Positions 23,440 to 37,242 of a stretch of DNA of 64,000 nucleotides are shown here, in pieces (position 1 is the first letter of the stretch; the number at the start of each line of letters is the position of its first letter). The DNA lies in assembly GCA_010405405.1 (NCBI GenBank), contig MU004230.1, positions 2,328,627-2,392,626 on the forward strand, given 5' to 3'. Below the pieces are notes generated by a model. The model saw only the letters and a list, made by a program, of their open reading frames with translations, searched no databases and was not told where the DNA came from. The stretch comes from Microthyrium microscopicum. Its lineage: Eukaryota. The position numbers and the translations under genes were made by a program.

Positions 23440-26206
23440 ATGTCGGGCTGGCCAGAACATCCCCCTAAATCAATTCGACAGTATATCTTTAGGGAGACAA
23501 GCTGCAACACTGAAGAGCAGGACGAAGATTGTGTCATTCTCGAAGTTACTCCATGTCAGTCACCAGCCTTTTGAGGATTGGTACCTTGATGTATGGTTAT
23601 ACTGACTTCTGAGGCCATAGCTACCGTCAATATGGCCGAGCGCGTTATCAAAAAGGAGAACCATGCTGTTCCAATTAAGAATCCCGATACCAGTAGGTCA
23701 ACTTTTCCACGTCTCCTGGTTTTTTTTTACCTGAACTTTCCATCACTTCCCCCTTTCTGCTGTTTTGGAAGCTCGTGTTGGCGTGTTGTATGAAATCGTT
23801 TTCTGCTATGGCTGCCTTTTCACGATATTTTCTCTCTTCCCATCCTACCAGGTGTTCGCCATGTCTGTTCCTCGCCTTCCCAATGCTCACGATCCGCCTT
23901 ATTGGCCGATTTGCAAATCGCCCCGGTGATGCTCAGCAGCTCTTTCGTGTCCTGAACCTTCTTCCACTATTCCCGTTTAGCATGACCGTCATAGCTCGTC
24001 CACAACACCCTCCGTCAAATTTCTACCTCTTCATAATTCGCTCGTCACCGCTGAATCCTCCACTTCTTCTTCCGATACTCTCCTCTTCTTCTTCAACCTT
24101 CTGTCATCTTCATACTTTGCTGTTTCACTTCATGCAAACATCAAACTTCTAACTCATGACACTAGTCAAAATGGATCCAAATCAGCCTGGCCCATTAAAT
24201 CGTGGCAACGAAGATGCTCTGCGCGCTGCGCGAGCATTCCATCAAGGTAACAGCCTAGAATAACAAATGCCTTTCTGAGTGCTAACCTATCATTTCAGGC
24301 GTCACTGGTGGCAATAGAGGGTCAGCCTCCCACAACCTACCTTTTTCCTTACTATCGCTTACTTTACGCTCTAGCAGTCGTGGACAAGGTCACCAAGGCC
24401 AACCTGCTGGCCGTGGACAAGTGCCTGTCGCACACATGAATCAAGTGCGCAATCCGCTCCAGCCTGCGGCTCGACCGAATCCACCTGTTGCGCGCGCGAA
24501 TCCAGTTGTCAATCGACCAGGTCAAATGAATGCTCAGCGACCAGTCCAGGCGCCTGCGCAAATTCCCGATCGTGTTTACTTTGGTGCTTCTCCTACCCGC
24601 CATGCGGCTTCGCGCGATCCGGCTTATCGTCACCATCAAGCCGATGCTACAACCAAGCCCAAACTAGATCTTGAGGCTATCAAAGAGAAGGCTCCAGCTC
24701 TGTTGAGCAGTCGCTGGGCCTCAGAAGATGCCAAAGAGCTAGGTGCGCAAGTTCGTAATGACAAGCCGGCTGCTGCTACAGCTATTGCTCCCGTCGCTGC
24801 TCGGATTGTTGCTCCAGTCGCTGCTCGGATTGTTGCTCCAGTCGCTGCTCGAGTTGTTGCTCCAGTCGTTACTCGGGCTGTTGCTCCAGTCGTTGCTCGG
24901 GCTGTTGCTCCAGTCGTTGCTCGGGTTACTGCTCCAGTTGTTGCTCCATCTGTCGTACCTCCCGTGGTCACTCCCATCCCTACTCTGGCTGCTAATCAGA
25001 ATGGTAAGAAGCCCAGTTACAACAACTATACCTCCATGATTCTCATTCTATCACCCTGAGACTTTGTATTGACTTGCTATAGGTCAGCCTATTCGCACTA
25101 CTCCAGCTGTCCGTGTTGCTCCAGCCATTGGTCGTGTTTCAATCACTCATCCTGCCCCAGCCGCTGGTCGTGCTCCTCGTCCTGATACATCAACAGTTGC
25201 TACTTCCGAAGTGGATGTAGATGATAACCTCGATTCGTTGCTTGGATTTGGTAGTGCCTCATTGCCTGTACATGCAGAAACTCACCTGAAGCCACCTGCC
25301 TTGCCTGTCACTCCTTCAAGTAAGAACAATTTTGTATTTTTGAGCAAATGAGCTAACTCACTAGTTGAAGATGCTTGTCCTGTTTCCAATGGTAACGCAA
25401 CCATCACTTCTGTTGAACGCCAGATATTTTCTGAAGCTGCGCAATCTGAAGAAGTATCTCCGACACCACCTCCTTCCGAACTACCAGCCTCATTCGTGCC
25501 AGCCATGCCAGCAGCGATGATGACAGAAGTCCAAGCACCAGACCCCTTTGCCGCATTGACCGTTCCTGACGTCGCCCGCAAAGTCGAGCGTGAGGTACGC
25601 ATGGAAGGAATTCCGGATGGCGCTTCCTTCGCAGATGTTGCATATCATGTCTGGGGTGGAGTACTTGAGAAACTCGAGTTCACTAAAGGCGAACACCATG
25701 CATACATCACTTTCCTCGCCGAAGATGACTGTACCAAGTACTTTGATCAAACCGGCAATGGTATTCAGTGGTTCAAAGGTAAGAATTTCCTGTGTCAAAG
25801 CGTCTCTGGTCGCAACTTATACTAACCAATTTTAGATCCATCCATCTACCTAGATATCGTCGACTCTGACCGCCGCATCAAGTTTGGAAAACGCGAACAG
25901 GCCTGGCTTGCACAAGGTATCACTCGTGCAGTGGGCTGCATCAACATTCCGGGGAATGTCGCCTTAGAGCATTGGCTATATGCTGCTCGCGACGAGAAAC
26001 GCGCGGTTCAATGTGTCTGGCAAGGCCAGTACACCAACCAATCTGGTGTTCAGCGCAAAACGCTTCATGCAGTGTTCACCAACATCTCCGATGCGATCAA
26101 GTTCGAAGCATATCTCAAAATGCATGACCACTTGTCGGAATGCCAGCTTGCATACGGACCAGATCCAATTGCGCACCAGACTGGCCCTCCACCACTTCTC
26201 CAGTAG
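23440..26206 (+). CDS. Multi-exon hypothetical protein with low-complexity Pro/Ala region and C-terminal RRM-like domains
   Basis: In-frame splicing through several introns, including ~470 nt at ~23692-24165. C-terminal REVRMEGIP..VWGG.LE..AYITF and TRAV..INIP..AVFTNISDA..AYGPDP resemble a tandem RRM-like pair. Start codon uncertain (23440, 23632 or 24171). Confidence 0.6.
24787..24948 (+). repeat. 24-bp coding tandem repeat encoding APV(A/V)(A/T)R(I/V/A)(V/T), 6 full units plus a partial
   Basis: GCTCCAGTCG(C/T)TGCTCGG... units visible directly and in the translation of ORF 24421-25059. Confidence 0.92.
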
Positions 26207-29200
26207 AGTGACTTGATCTCTACTCCACCAAAACCCACTTTCTTGTCGAGAGATTGGTGTTTTGCACATGGTTTCTTGACGTGGTTGGCAGGCTTCTACT
26301 GTCGTCTCAGTCATCGATCATTTGCTCATCACTCAAAAACACAGTGTATAATAAGTCAGGCTCTACTTCATGCTTTCAACTGGCTCAACAACTCTTTCAT
26401 GGGCCAATGCTCTGGTTGAGGCGGTGCTCGGGTTAGCTTAGATAGTCAATAAAAGCCTGTAAAAAGATTGAAGTTCGTGCCGTGCTCCTGGTTCTGTTAT
26501 TTTGTCGTTGAATATTCACTGCCAGGGGATAGCAGGAAAAATGCGTTGCTTCCACGAACTACGATGTTCTCGATCAGCTACAGTCAAAGGAGATAGTGGC
26601 AGTCATCGCTGTCAACGGGAGTATGCCGTTTAATTTGTCATTCAGTTGACTGCTAATTCAGAATCGAATACGCCGCTCCTAATCAGTATGCTTTATGACC
26701 TGGCACACCCCGGTTCGCATGGTGGCCCTATGTACTCTAGGAATTTACGATGCCATCTCGGACGAGTCTACGGATGACTGGCGTAGCTGACTGACTTTGG
26801 AATTGTCAATTGTCCCATTGATTGGTTCTTCTGTCCATCTCCAACCATTGGAATTTATAAATCTACCTTCTTTGGAAAGGAAGGTAGATATCAGCCACTT
26901 GCTTTTTCGAAGTGTGCTAAGAGGTAACATCAAACAAACACTGACTTATTAGCCTATATTTCATGCTAACCTGTACATAATCGAACGGTAAGGGTATTAG
27001 TTGTATGAGACCTGCGACGACTTGGCAGCTCAATTGTCTACATCAATCAATAACCGTGTGATGACGGTGTTGCAAGAGACTATAAGCAGTGACTACTGTG
27101 AACTAATTGCTTCATTATAGTTCTACCAGCATCTGCATATTCTTTTTGCTCCACTCCACACCATCAGCATCCAGTCCCTTTGAGCGGAAATTGAGGAAAG
27201 ACCAGTGATTTCAATCAAGTGACGACAATCGGGCCTATATTCTGTAGTCATTAGCAGGACTACACCATTCCCGGAAGCATGGCCAATGTCTCGCACTAGC
27301 GTCCAGGTTTCCGCAAGTGCGGCTCATGGAAGATGATATGGAAGCTTCCATCGTGACCTTTCATATAGATGCGTTCTGCATCCCTCGTGGTTAAACAAAC
27401 CCCGTAAAGCCGTCACCGGGGTCTTGTATGCACCTTGTTGCTGTTTCTTTTGCACAGACAATGTACGAAAGCTCGCTTTCGCTTTTCACACAGAATGCTA
27501 GGTTTTTGTGGCTGTTTCGTCAAACGGATTTTGTTTTGTGTACTTTGAAAATCCTACCTTCTTCGCCGCCAGGCTTACTTACTTCCTTCCTTCCACCAAA
27601 CCGCTTTGCGATGTGCATAGTGGGGATTGTAGGGAGTGGGTTTGTTGTCTGACTTTTGCGCTCGGAACATTTTGGGGGCGTGGTGATCGGGTGGGGACTG
27701 GCGGATGGATTACACGCTCTAGGGCTCGGAGGGGAGTGCGAGCTGGCATCTTGATGGCAGGCAAGGCAGGGCCCGCTGCCAGGCACAGCACGGGGATCGT
27801 CGGGATGATGAAACATGCAGTGTGTTTCTGTCTTTGCAAAGAAAGGGAATGTGAGCGAGGGTTTTGTAGATTTGTTTTCGGTGGGGAAGAAAAGCTTCAG
27901 GGTCGTGGGGAGGAAGTATGTGTTTGATATGCATTAGCCCAACACGTGTGGGAAGCATATTATTACCATGCTAGAGGTTCGGTGGTACAAGGCTAAGAGC
28001 AGGATATGGCGGCTGGATCGTAGATGTGGGTGTTTGATGGTGGCGTGTATCTCGATTGGCAGTGGGGATGTGTTCCAAGATGGCAATGGTCACGACATGC
28101 CGGATTGGGACGGTGTAGCGGATAGTGTATTTGGGAATGATATAGCCCTGCCACTTTGGAGTGTAGATTGTTGTGATTGATAGTAGATGTTGAGCTGGGA
28201 GACTTTTGTTAAAAGAATCTAGTGTGATAGGAACTGCTGTAGTTTCATAGAAAGACGTTTTCGGATCTTCCCATCCCTTCTCCCGCCGACTTACCAGGGC
28301 CCTGGACAGCTAGATACTATAATCGACCCGGTACGGGTAGGATATCTATCCGATATATACGAAAATGTGATTGTTGCCAATCGGGCTCCAGTTAACCGCA
28401 TTGCCGACAATCACAACCGGACTGGAGCCTGGTTAATGATTATTCAGGATATGATTTGCATCTAGGCTGGGACTTCATGGAATAACAGTTATATTGAAAT
28501 CAGAATCATAGAAGACTCTCAGGTCTTCAAAGTTCGAGATATTTCCGTCCGTGATAAATCTCGCCTCTTGATCACAATAGCCACGAAGATTGATTTGAGA
28601 GCACAAATGCAGCAGATGATCGATCGAGAGGATTGGACAGCTCATTCAAGATTCATTTTCTGGTAGATATTTGCACTCATGGTAGCCAAAAGATATCTCC
28701 CTGGAGACAAAAGGTACTCCTATGAAGCTGAATTGTATAACAACTGTGGTACACTTTCTTGAATAAATCAAAAAGATCCCATTAATTGATATGGCTGTGG
28801 TTGGACGGTTGTCTGGTGTTGTTGAAGTGGAAAATATTGGGTGCCCAGTGCACCTTCAGGCTAGATTGGATATATATGTCGGATATGCTTGTTGATCGGA
28901 GTACAATGCGAGTACCTCCGTGATGGTTTCGAAACAGCCTAGTGTTTACACCTCCGCCAGTGAACAGCTAGTGTTCTCAGACCAAGAATCGGCGTAGAAG
29001 AGCTGGGGAATGCCAGCCCAAGCTACGACTTATTAGATCGCTTGATATAAACTCCCCTGATCAGGAGTAACCTGACGCAAAACTTCTTGAGCGCTCTGAC
29101 CTGTATGATGTCGATGGTGAATTTTTGCAAGCTATATGGTTGATGAATTCTTGGATTACTTCCATAGGTCATGCCACTCAAGCTTAAGTGCAAACAATAA

Positions 29201-30331
29201 TTGATGAACTGTTTACTAGCACTGATCGTGCTGGGAACAGTTAGACCAGGTTGGAGGAGGCTTCTGGAATTTCCAACCCTTTTCCTCTTTCGGATCACGT
29301 CACGACAACCGGTAGCCACTCATATGTCGTCGCAGCTTCCTTGACGTTCTGTAACCATCAGTGATGCCATCAGCTGGTCTGTCCTATAGCAGTCATAGCA
29401 TTGCCTCTAACATAATATGTGGTAGTGTGAAAGATACGAGGGCGGGAATGGCACGCAATAACCTGCGTCTTTCAGATTTATTGTGACATAGCTTAAGGTA
29501 AGTTCAACAATTGTAGGCCAATTCTAGAATTTACGGCGACTTCTACAGGATGGTAATGATTTGATCTTTTACAAGCAGATGTAAGCGTAAGTTCAAGTAC
29601 AAGGACATAAACCTAAGCAGGTTGAACAAAATCCATAGTGTATATAAGCACAGATCAAGGACTAAAAGTGTGTAGGGCGATTTATCAACGTATGACCCAA
29701 GTGGGAGGTTAGGTTAATATGTTATTATGTGGGGAGCACGTCTTAGGATCTGAACGTAATATCTGAGTGCTCATCATATAACTTACATAGCGTAGCGTTA
29801 AGAGCCCACCACAGAAAAACAACTTCCCCATGCTTACAGGCACTCCTGGCCTCAACGGACGGGCTTGAACTTGGGCTGGTTACCGACTCTACATTGACCA
29901 CCAAGAAGTCGGCACTCTACTTTGTTCAACTTACTTGATCCTCAGCAAGCACTGCCCTGACATATTTGGACTCTCACACATATGGCCACTGCATGGCCAT
30001 GTCTTAAGCATCAGTCTAACAACACCCTTTTCAGCTCTATCCTGTCACTAGAACCTTGTCGAGCCATTGCAGCTTTGGTTGCATATCAAGGGCCTGCTGA
30101 GACGTCTGGCTGGTAACCTTTTAACCACATTCTATTCGACTGTTCTCATCAGCAACTTCACACCATAGTTTCACGACAACCTTCTCCTTGAAGCGGATGC
30201 CCCGGCAGCGGCTATCATTTCCGTGTAGGATACTTTGCTATCAAGCTGTTTAAAGAGCAGGGTATCTCCAGTGGTTACTTCCGATACGGTCTACCTCTCC
30301 GAGCAGCCAGATCAATTCTTCACTATCAGTC

Positions 30332-31988
30332 ATGTCGAAGTTTGTGGCCCAGGAGGGCGTATCTAAGCGACCGAAACGAGCATCAAGAGCATGCGATCAC
30401 TGTCGATGGAAACGAGTAAGTAAAAGTTGCACTAGTGATTGGAGTTGCCATGGCATGCGATTTTGGCGATTTCCTACGTTCCCCGGAAGAACCAGTGGGT
30501 GGAAAGAACAGCGCCTCCCCACCTATGAACTTGCCACTTTGGTTGGCCTACTCGCAAACTCTGTTTCGTTTCTCACGATCATATTCTTTTGGCTTTCAAG
30601 TTTCGGTCTTATCTTTGCACTCATAATGCTTTGGCGACAACGCATTCCATCTCTGAAGAATAGCAGCTGACATTCATCTTCAGCTCAAATGCTCTGATGA
30701 GCAAAAGGACCAGTCTTGTATGAACTGTGTCATCTACGGTGTAAAATGCCTATACACGCCGCCCTTCTCGCCTGGTGGTAGCCGAAAGCGAGGCGAATCC
30801 AGTAGTGTTATCGGCAAAACCAGTTCAGGAGGCATCACCAAGAAGCGCGGTCCGTCTTCCAAGGATCGCTCAAGTCACAGTCCTGGACTATTGGAGAGTG
30901 GCCAGGACTCTCCAACGAGCAGTTACGCTGATGAGGTGGTAATGAACGGTCAGAGCATGCTCCCCAAGTTTGCGAATGCCAGGAGATTAGCTTCAGGTAC
31001 GTTCTATGGACCAATGACGATACAGTAGTAGCGACTGCTCAGCTCGTCTACGCTTCTGATCATCATTCTCCACGGACTCGGAATGTTGTTGGTGAGGTAA
31101 AAACTGACTAGATTGACAGAATATGCCAAAGCAGCGAATCCGACCGTAGACATGGAGCAACTCAGTCACAGATTAGATCAATTTGCAGCATTCCTCACTG
31201 GATTTAGTGAGAATCAAAACAGTCCCGTCGAAATCCTTTCGGAAGAGTCTGGATTACCAGCTCAGCCTATAGCCAATGCTTTGCTACAAGGTATGTCCTC
31301 TTGTCCCTATCAAGCTGGTGGGAGGAGTGTGTCTGGAGTAATGGGCTTCCGGAGATATCATCTGCTCCAAGACCTCAGCTGACTTGATGAAACAGCGTAC
31401 ACAGAAGGATTCAACGCTGGTGCTCTATCAACAACGGCTCGCTGGCGTCCTCCTCATCTCTCTGCAAACGCACGTCGAGCTCGATCAATGCATGAATTCA
31501 CGCCGCCGCCAACTTCAGATCAGCACCATTTACCAACTATGGGAATGGATCCTTTGACCGCTGCTGCGGCAGCACATCACCATCTCACGCCCAGTACTAG
31601 CTCACCACATCAAACGCACCAGAATCATCAAGCGCATCAAAACCACCAAGTTCAACAGAACCATCAAGCCCATCATCAACATCAACATCAAATGTCATTT
31701 AATGACCCATCCGGAGCAATGTCTGGGCTTGGAATTGATCCCTCGAGTGGTCATCCGGACTACGCCCTTACTATGCACCATGGACATCCGCAAGCCGTAC
31801 CTAGCAACGTCCGAGGAGCACTGGGCGATGAGCGACCGCCTAGAAGCGTTCCGCATGGTCTAACGCTTGCAATACCTGGCGCTCAGCAACAATGGGCACC
31901 AGGTGGGCCCAGTTCAGCACCAGCAGGAGGTGGGATGCATTTGCCGCAGGGGTACGGAAATGATCAAGGACATGGCGCATTCTACTGA
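30332..31988 (+). CDS. Zn(II)2Cys6 binuclear cluster transcription factor with His/Gln-rich tail
   Basis: RASRACDHCRWKR|LKCSDEQKDQSCMNCVIYGVKC reconstituted across intron ~30416-30683. Further introns ~30996-31119 and ~31291-31395 keep the frame to the stop at 31988. Confidence 0.88.
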
Positions 31989-32975
31989 GCCTGAAAGACG
32001 GGAAAGAAAGTCAAGCTCAAGGATGACCTGGAAGATGGACGAAGATACGATGGATTCTGGTTTCGCCTGATGAGATATTGAAGGAGAATTATTATGTCAG
32101 GAAGCATACAAGCGGAACTATGGAGCGATTGGCTTGATTTTGTCTATTTGAGGTTTTATCATTTTCCACAGCATAACACACCCGGCGTTGCGAAAGGACG
32201 AAGCTACCTCAAGGCATGAGTCATGAGAGGATGGTCTGTAGTGGCCCCTTTTGACGGTTTCGAGATACCCCAATTGCAGAGTTCTAATGTTCACCACTAT
32301 CATTGTAGATGGAATAAGTGGAAAGCGTCAAGAAGTAGATAATGAATTAATGGAACAGTCAACTTTACGAATCCAAGTTCTGTGCTTGAACGTCATTGAA
32401 CGGCGCTTTGTTTACTTAGACCAGATGAAAAACACACTGCGAGTTACCATATACAGTACCCATGCTACCCCTATACGGATGAGGCTCAAAGCTGTTCCCC
32501 TTCAATCAATGTAAGACAGGTACCACACCTCGGTTTAATTGTTAAGCAGAAGTAGAGGCCTTGAACCGCGCAGAACCTGACACTCGGAACATAGAAATGA
32601 ACTCAATATCTATAGAATCCAAGTAGATAATATGGGAAAATATGGGGAATATGTCGGTTCGTGATAGTCTCGGAGGCCGATTGCCACACCAGATGATGCA
32701 CATCATTCACGCTATCACTAACCAGGTTCGACATTGGGCACAGGCCTGTGCGATAGCAATTCACCCAGGCTAAGAGATCCATTCTACTATACACTGTTCG
32801 GCGCCGGCGCGAAACACAGCCCTATTTTTGTTGGCTCCTATTTCATTAAGCTTCATAATATCATCGCCGGAACTACCCATCCTTCACGCTGTGATTCGTG
32901 TCAAACAGGCTGGCACAGCCTGTCGAGTGCGGCTCTTGCGCAGTTAGCGCTCCTCGAGGAGATTGCCTATTCCAG

Positions 32976-34756
32976 CTATGTGTTTCTCGAGCTTGGCAGT
33001 TCCTCAAAAGATCGTGTGCTAGGTATCATGCCAGCACCCTTGAAAACGTATCGTCCGTGGATGGCATAAACCACTGAAGCAAATAGAGCTATTAGTACCC
33101 ACACTATGCCGCTCCAATTGGCCGTTTTGAGGCTCAGCTCAGCTTTGGTGGTGGGTGCAAAGCTCAAACCAAAGCAAAGCATGATGTAGAGAAACGCGAA
33201 AGCGTTGACAAGAATAGAGAAGCTTCCTAGGCTCCAGTGTCTCTTGGGAAGCTCTTTCGAAAACAGCCTTTTGAACAACACAAATCCAAGCACAATGGCA
33301 TAGCCCGTTAGGGTACAAGAAAGAAAGACAGTAATGGAAAATCGTAGGACATCATCATATGCCAGATATACCGTAGCGACGAGGATGGTGAAGCTCATCG
33401 ATAAAATGAAGGCGTTGAAAGGAAGAGCATCGTGAGCGCCGCTGACTCGAGAAACTTTTCGCCACAGGTTTGGGAATGGAAGGCCTTCATCTTTGGCAAA
33501 CGCGAAAATGTGTCGAGCAGATGTTGCCAGGACTGAAAGACTAGCACCGAATATCAAGATGACAAGAACGAGAGTCATCACGGTTGCGAGTGGCTTCGAG
33601 TCCGTTGCCTTTTGAAAGATCGCAACCACGACCTCTGCCGACGGCGTTCGCGAGATGTCGAGTTTGATGTTGATGTCTGTGATGGAAAACGCGACGGTGA
33701 ATACTGCCAAGATCCCAAGAAGGCCATTCAGGAGGAAGGTCGCCGCCATACTACCGGGCACAATGCGAGAAGCATGTCGGATTTTCTCACCTGACTTGGT
33801 AAGTTCAAATGTCTGGTGGGCAGGAAGAAGGTGCTTACCGATATGTGCAGCTCCATCGACTCGAGAAAAGGCAAACAGTGATCCTATCATCCCGACCATA
33901 CAAGCAACTCCTATGTCGCCCCAGCCGCCGTTGTCTTCAAACCCTTGAAACACAGTTTTTGCTGAGGACTTGGGCGCAAGAGCCCATAATGGAGCAAGCA
34001 CAACAAAAATGCCAAAGAAGTGCAGGACCAAAATGACAAGCTCAATGACTGGAAGCTGCTTAACACCAGCTGTATTGAAACCTGTGGAAAGTAGCCCGAA
34101 TGCCAGGGTCAGCAGTGTAACCTGCCATCGAGGCGGTTCGGTGTCCGGCTGCCACATGCTAATGATTCCTTGTATCAACTGGGCTGCGACGAGGTTGAGC
34201 GCAGCAGCACCAGCTTGCCAGGCAACTGTCAGCATCCATCCGACGACATATCCAAGATATTTCTGCGCTCTCTGTGGAACAAACTCGCTAACCCAATGAT
34301 AGACTCCACCATGGGTTGGTGCCATAGATGTGATCTCAGCGAGCGATGCAACTACAGAGGACATGGCGATCATGGTTCCAATATATGTCCATACAAAACC
34401 GCCTCGTCCTCCATCAACAAGCGAAAAGGAACTAAGACTGTAGGCTGTCAGCTCAATGAATAGTAACTGCGATTGTGTACTCACGCTATTGCAAGTTCCC
34501 ACGTGCACATCAATGTGCTTGTGAACCCCATGATAGACCAGAATCGAAAAGCGTGCTACGCCGACTTAGTGCTGGAACTGGGACACGAACAAAGAACTCA
34601 TACCAAGAACTTTCGTTCTTTCCTCCTCGATCTCTGGGCTGCCTCTCTGGATTGAGTGGATTCGTTATCTTCATGATAGACGGGCTGTGCTTCTATGACA
34701 GCGGGATCGTTGGAAGGTTCCTGTTGGAGATCATGAAATATTTGATGGCTTAACAT
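32976..34756 (-). CDS. APC-superfamily amino acid permease (GABA/choline transporter-like)
   Basis: Spliced N-terminus FRFWSIMGFTSTLMCTWE; DGGRGG; SLAEITSMAPTHGGVYHWVSE; FAFAKDEGLPF; ~12 hydrophobic segments; three introns. Confidence 0.9.
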
Positions 34757-35605
34757 TATCAGAAAATAGAAAGTGAATAAAAGAATGTACTGGTTGCGTG
34801 AGCTAATGATTGTAAAATAAAAGACACAAAAAGAGCGAATAACGAGTGTGGAATTACTGCGAGAAGCAAATCAGCGTTCAAACATATATCATCGAGTGCT
34901 TTTCCTGCAGGTAAAGAATGAATGAACAAGAAAAGAACTCTTTCTGATTCCAATCGGCGCTTCAATGATACTATTTCTATACCAGCGCCCAATAGACTCA
35001 CTCCTGAGGAAAGGTCTAAACTCAGATGCATACTGCAACCCCCAGGCTCAGCATAAGGAAGAGCTATCTCTGATCTCTCCACAGAGTTCTACGTCAGTAG
35101 ACAAGGGAAGTAGTGATGGCCATACTAATGCAGGACGCATGGACGGTGAAGAGGTTCCCAATTCTGCAGAGTTTGGCGTCAAGGATAGGAGCGCTACATT
35201 GGGCTTTGCCGTTGCCTAGAAACCATCCAGGCCCATACCAGCCGGTGAAGAGTTCAGCGGTTCAAGAGCGTTTCGGACGCGCCTTGCAGCAGCGCACGAT
35301 GCTCATCATCAGGGGAATATGCGACTTGTTGTTGGCTTGTTCAGGAGATGCAGGTTGAATGTAGTTGATAGTGCACAGACCAGCGCCAAGACTGGTGCGG
35401 GCGGAAGTGGCGCTTATTCGGATTTACCTTTTTCCGGGCCTCATCCCACACGCTGCAACCCCGAAAACTTCAACCACCAAGAAGTGAGGTCTCGATATAC
35501 AACCTATCACACCCAACGAAGACCCATCAGTCATTTCAATGTAAGTACGCCTTTCGTGGGCCTCTGATCGTTGTTTGCTAATTGCTGTAGTTCCGTTGAA
35601 CCACA

Positions 35606-36046
35606 ATGAGTACGCGACCTACCAGTGCAATGCCTTGCGACGCATCTAACATCATGAACAGCTAAGGGAACTTCAAGTTTCGGCAAACGCCACAACAAGA
35701 CGCACACTATGTGCCGTCGTTGCGGTATGAAGCGGACAAAGCAAAGACACAATACGATCTAACATCCTTTCAGGGCGCCGTTCTCTCCACGTCCAAAAGC
35801 ACACCTGCTCCAACTGCGGATACCCAGCTGCTACCATTCGCAAATGTACGAAACGAGAGTCCCCTACATCCTACAATCGAACTAATAATGAACACAGTCA
35901 ACTGGAGTGAAAAAGCAAAGCGAAGAAAGACCACCGGTACAGGACGCTGTCGATACCTGAAGACAATCCCACGTCGCGCGAAGAATGGCTTCCAGGCTGG
36001 TGCACCAAAAGGCGCTCGGGGACCCACTGTCTCAGCTTCGTCATAA
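35606..36046 (+). CDS. rpl37: 60S ribosomal protein L37
   Basis: Spliced [40 protein letters not shown]...[16 protein letters not shown]. Three coding introns plus an apparent 5'UTR intron at 35541-35590. Confidence 0.97.
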
Positions 36047-37242
36047 GTCAAGATTCGGATAGAGAGAGTTGAAGAAGGGAAGTTTTGTTGAACAGCCCAA
36101 TGATGTCTTTCAGCGGGGCAAAAATGTGTTATGCTCTACTGTATCTGCATGATCGAGGACGGTGTTATGGGATTCACTCGGTACTCAATGTCAAAAATTC
36201 GACAACAATCCGAAACCATCATCAAGCGTGCCTATATCAAAAGTGTGACCCGATCCAGCAGATATTGATCTGACAGCGCGTCCCTTCGGAACTACACTCG
36301 TCAGATTTGAAACGATGGACGAGCGGACCTGTGTATAACTAATCCTAGATCGTGGGTTGGACACCATGAAACTAGCCCAAACTACGGCTTTCATTCCTTC
36401 TTTTACTTGGAGGTCATTATCAAATTTTTATTGACGCCAAATGATAGGGTCATCACCCTCAGATCTAGTGGAGCAAACGGGCATTCCAGTGGCATGCAGC
36501 CAAACTTCTGAAAAACAGGAAACAACTCGGCATCCTTCCTGAAACTCTGCTGGCTCGGCTAATGCAAAGCAGGATTCAATATTTTTCAGTCTGCGCTACG
36601 TCGGCATGCGTTCTTCTCACAATCTCTAGCAGCTTACTCCAACGTATTACCACACACACTGCCTCATTCGACAATGAAAATCCCTCTCAAGCGTTCCAGG
36701 ATGTCAGTAGTTGACTCTATCCACTCGAGCTGCAATGTAACCGAATTTTTTAGAATAGACTTGAATACCTCACAGCACAACCCAAAATACACCCAGGACG
36801 TGCTAACGAAGAAGGAGACACCCCGTTCCACAATGGAGGCTTGCACCTATGCAACCTCTGGTCAGTTTTTGCCTTATTGGCCTTGCCCTCATTATTGCAG
36901 CTAGCTGGTAGTGGTGCAATATCACTTTGTTTGCAGAGATACGGGAGATGCGACTCTTGGAAATCAAAACTCGAGCCAGAAGGGTGGTCTCTAGTTCAAG
37001 AGCACAAGACACACTGATGAATGGGAGGAAAAGATATGAATTTCTGCCGTGCTATATTATGGCTGAAAGCTATCTCGGCAACCATACATTTGAGCTTGCA
37101 ACATTACGAATAAAGCGCCGAAGACTTCCCAATAGAGATCATACTATCCACAGGTGTATATATAGTCTCTTCGCCCAATACCCATTTTTACCGCCCCGTC
37201 AAGACACTAACAAGCACAACATAATTCCACGAAGCCTAGCAC

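Noticed and set aside
26500..30300. Telomerase RNA candidate, prompted by the pseudoknot-like pairing
   Set aside because: I found no TAACCCTAA/CCCTAACCC-type template on either strand in this interval.
36085..37200. Possible small spliced gene downstream of rpl37
   Set aside because: Some intron-like signals, but I could not build a coherent start-to-stop model.
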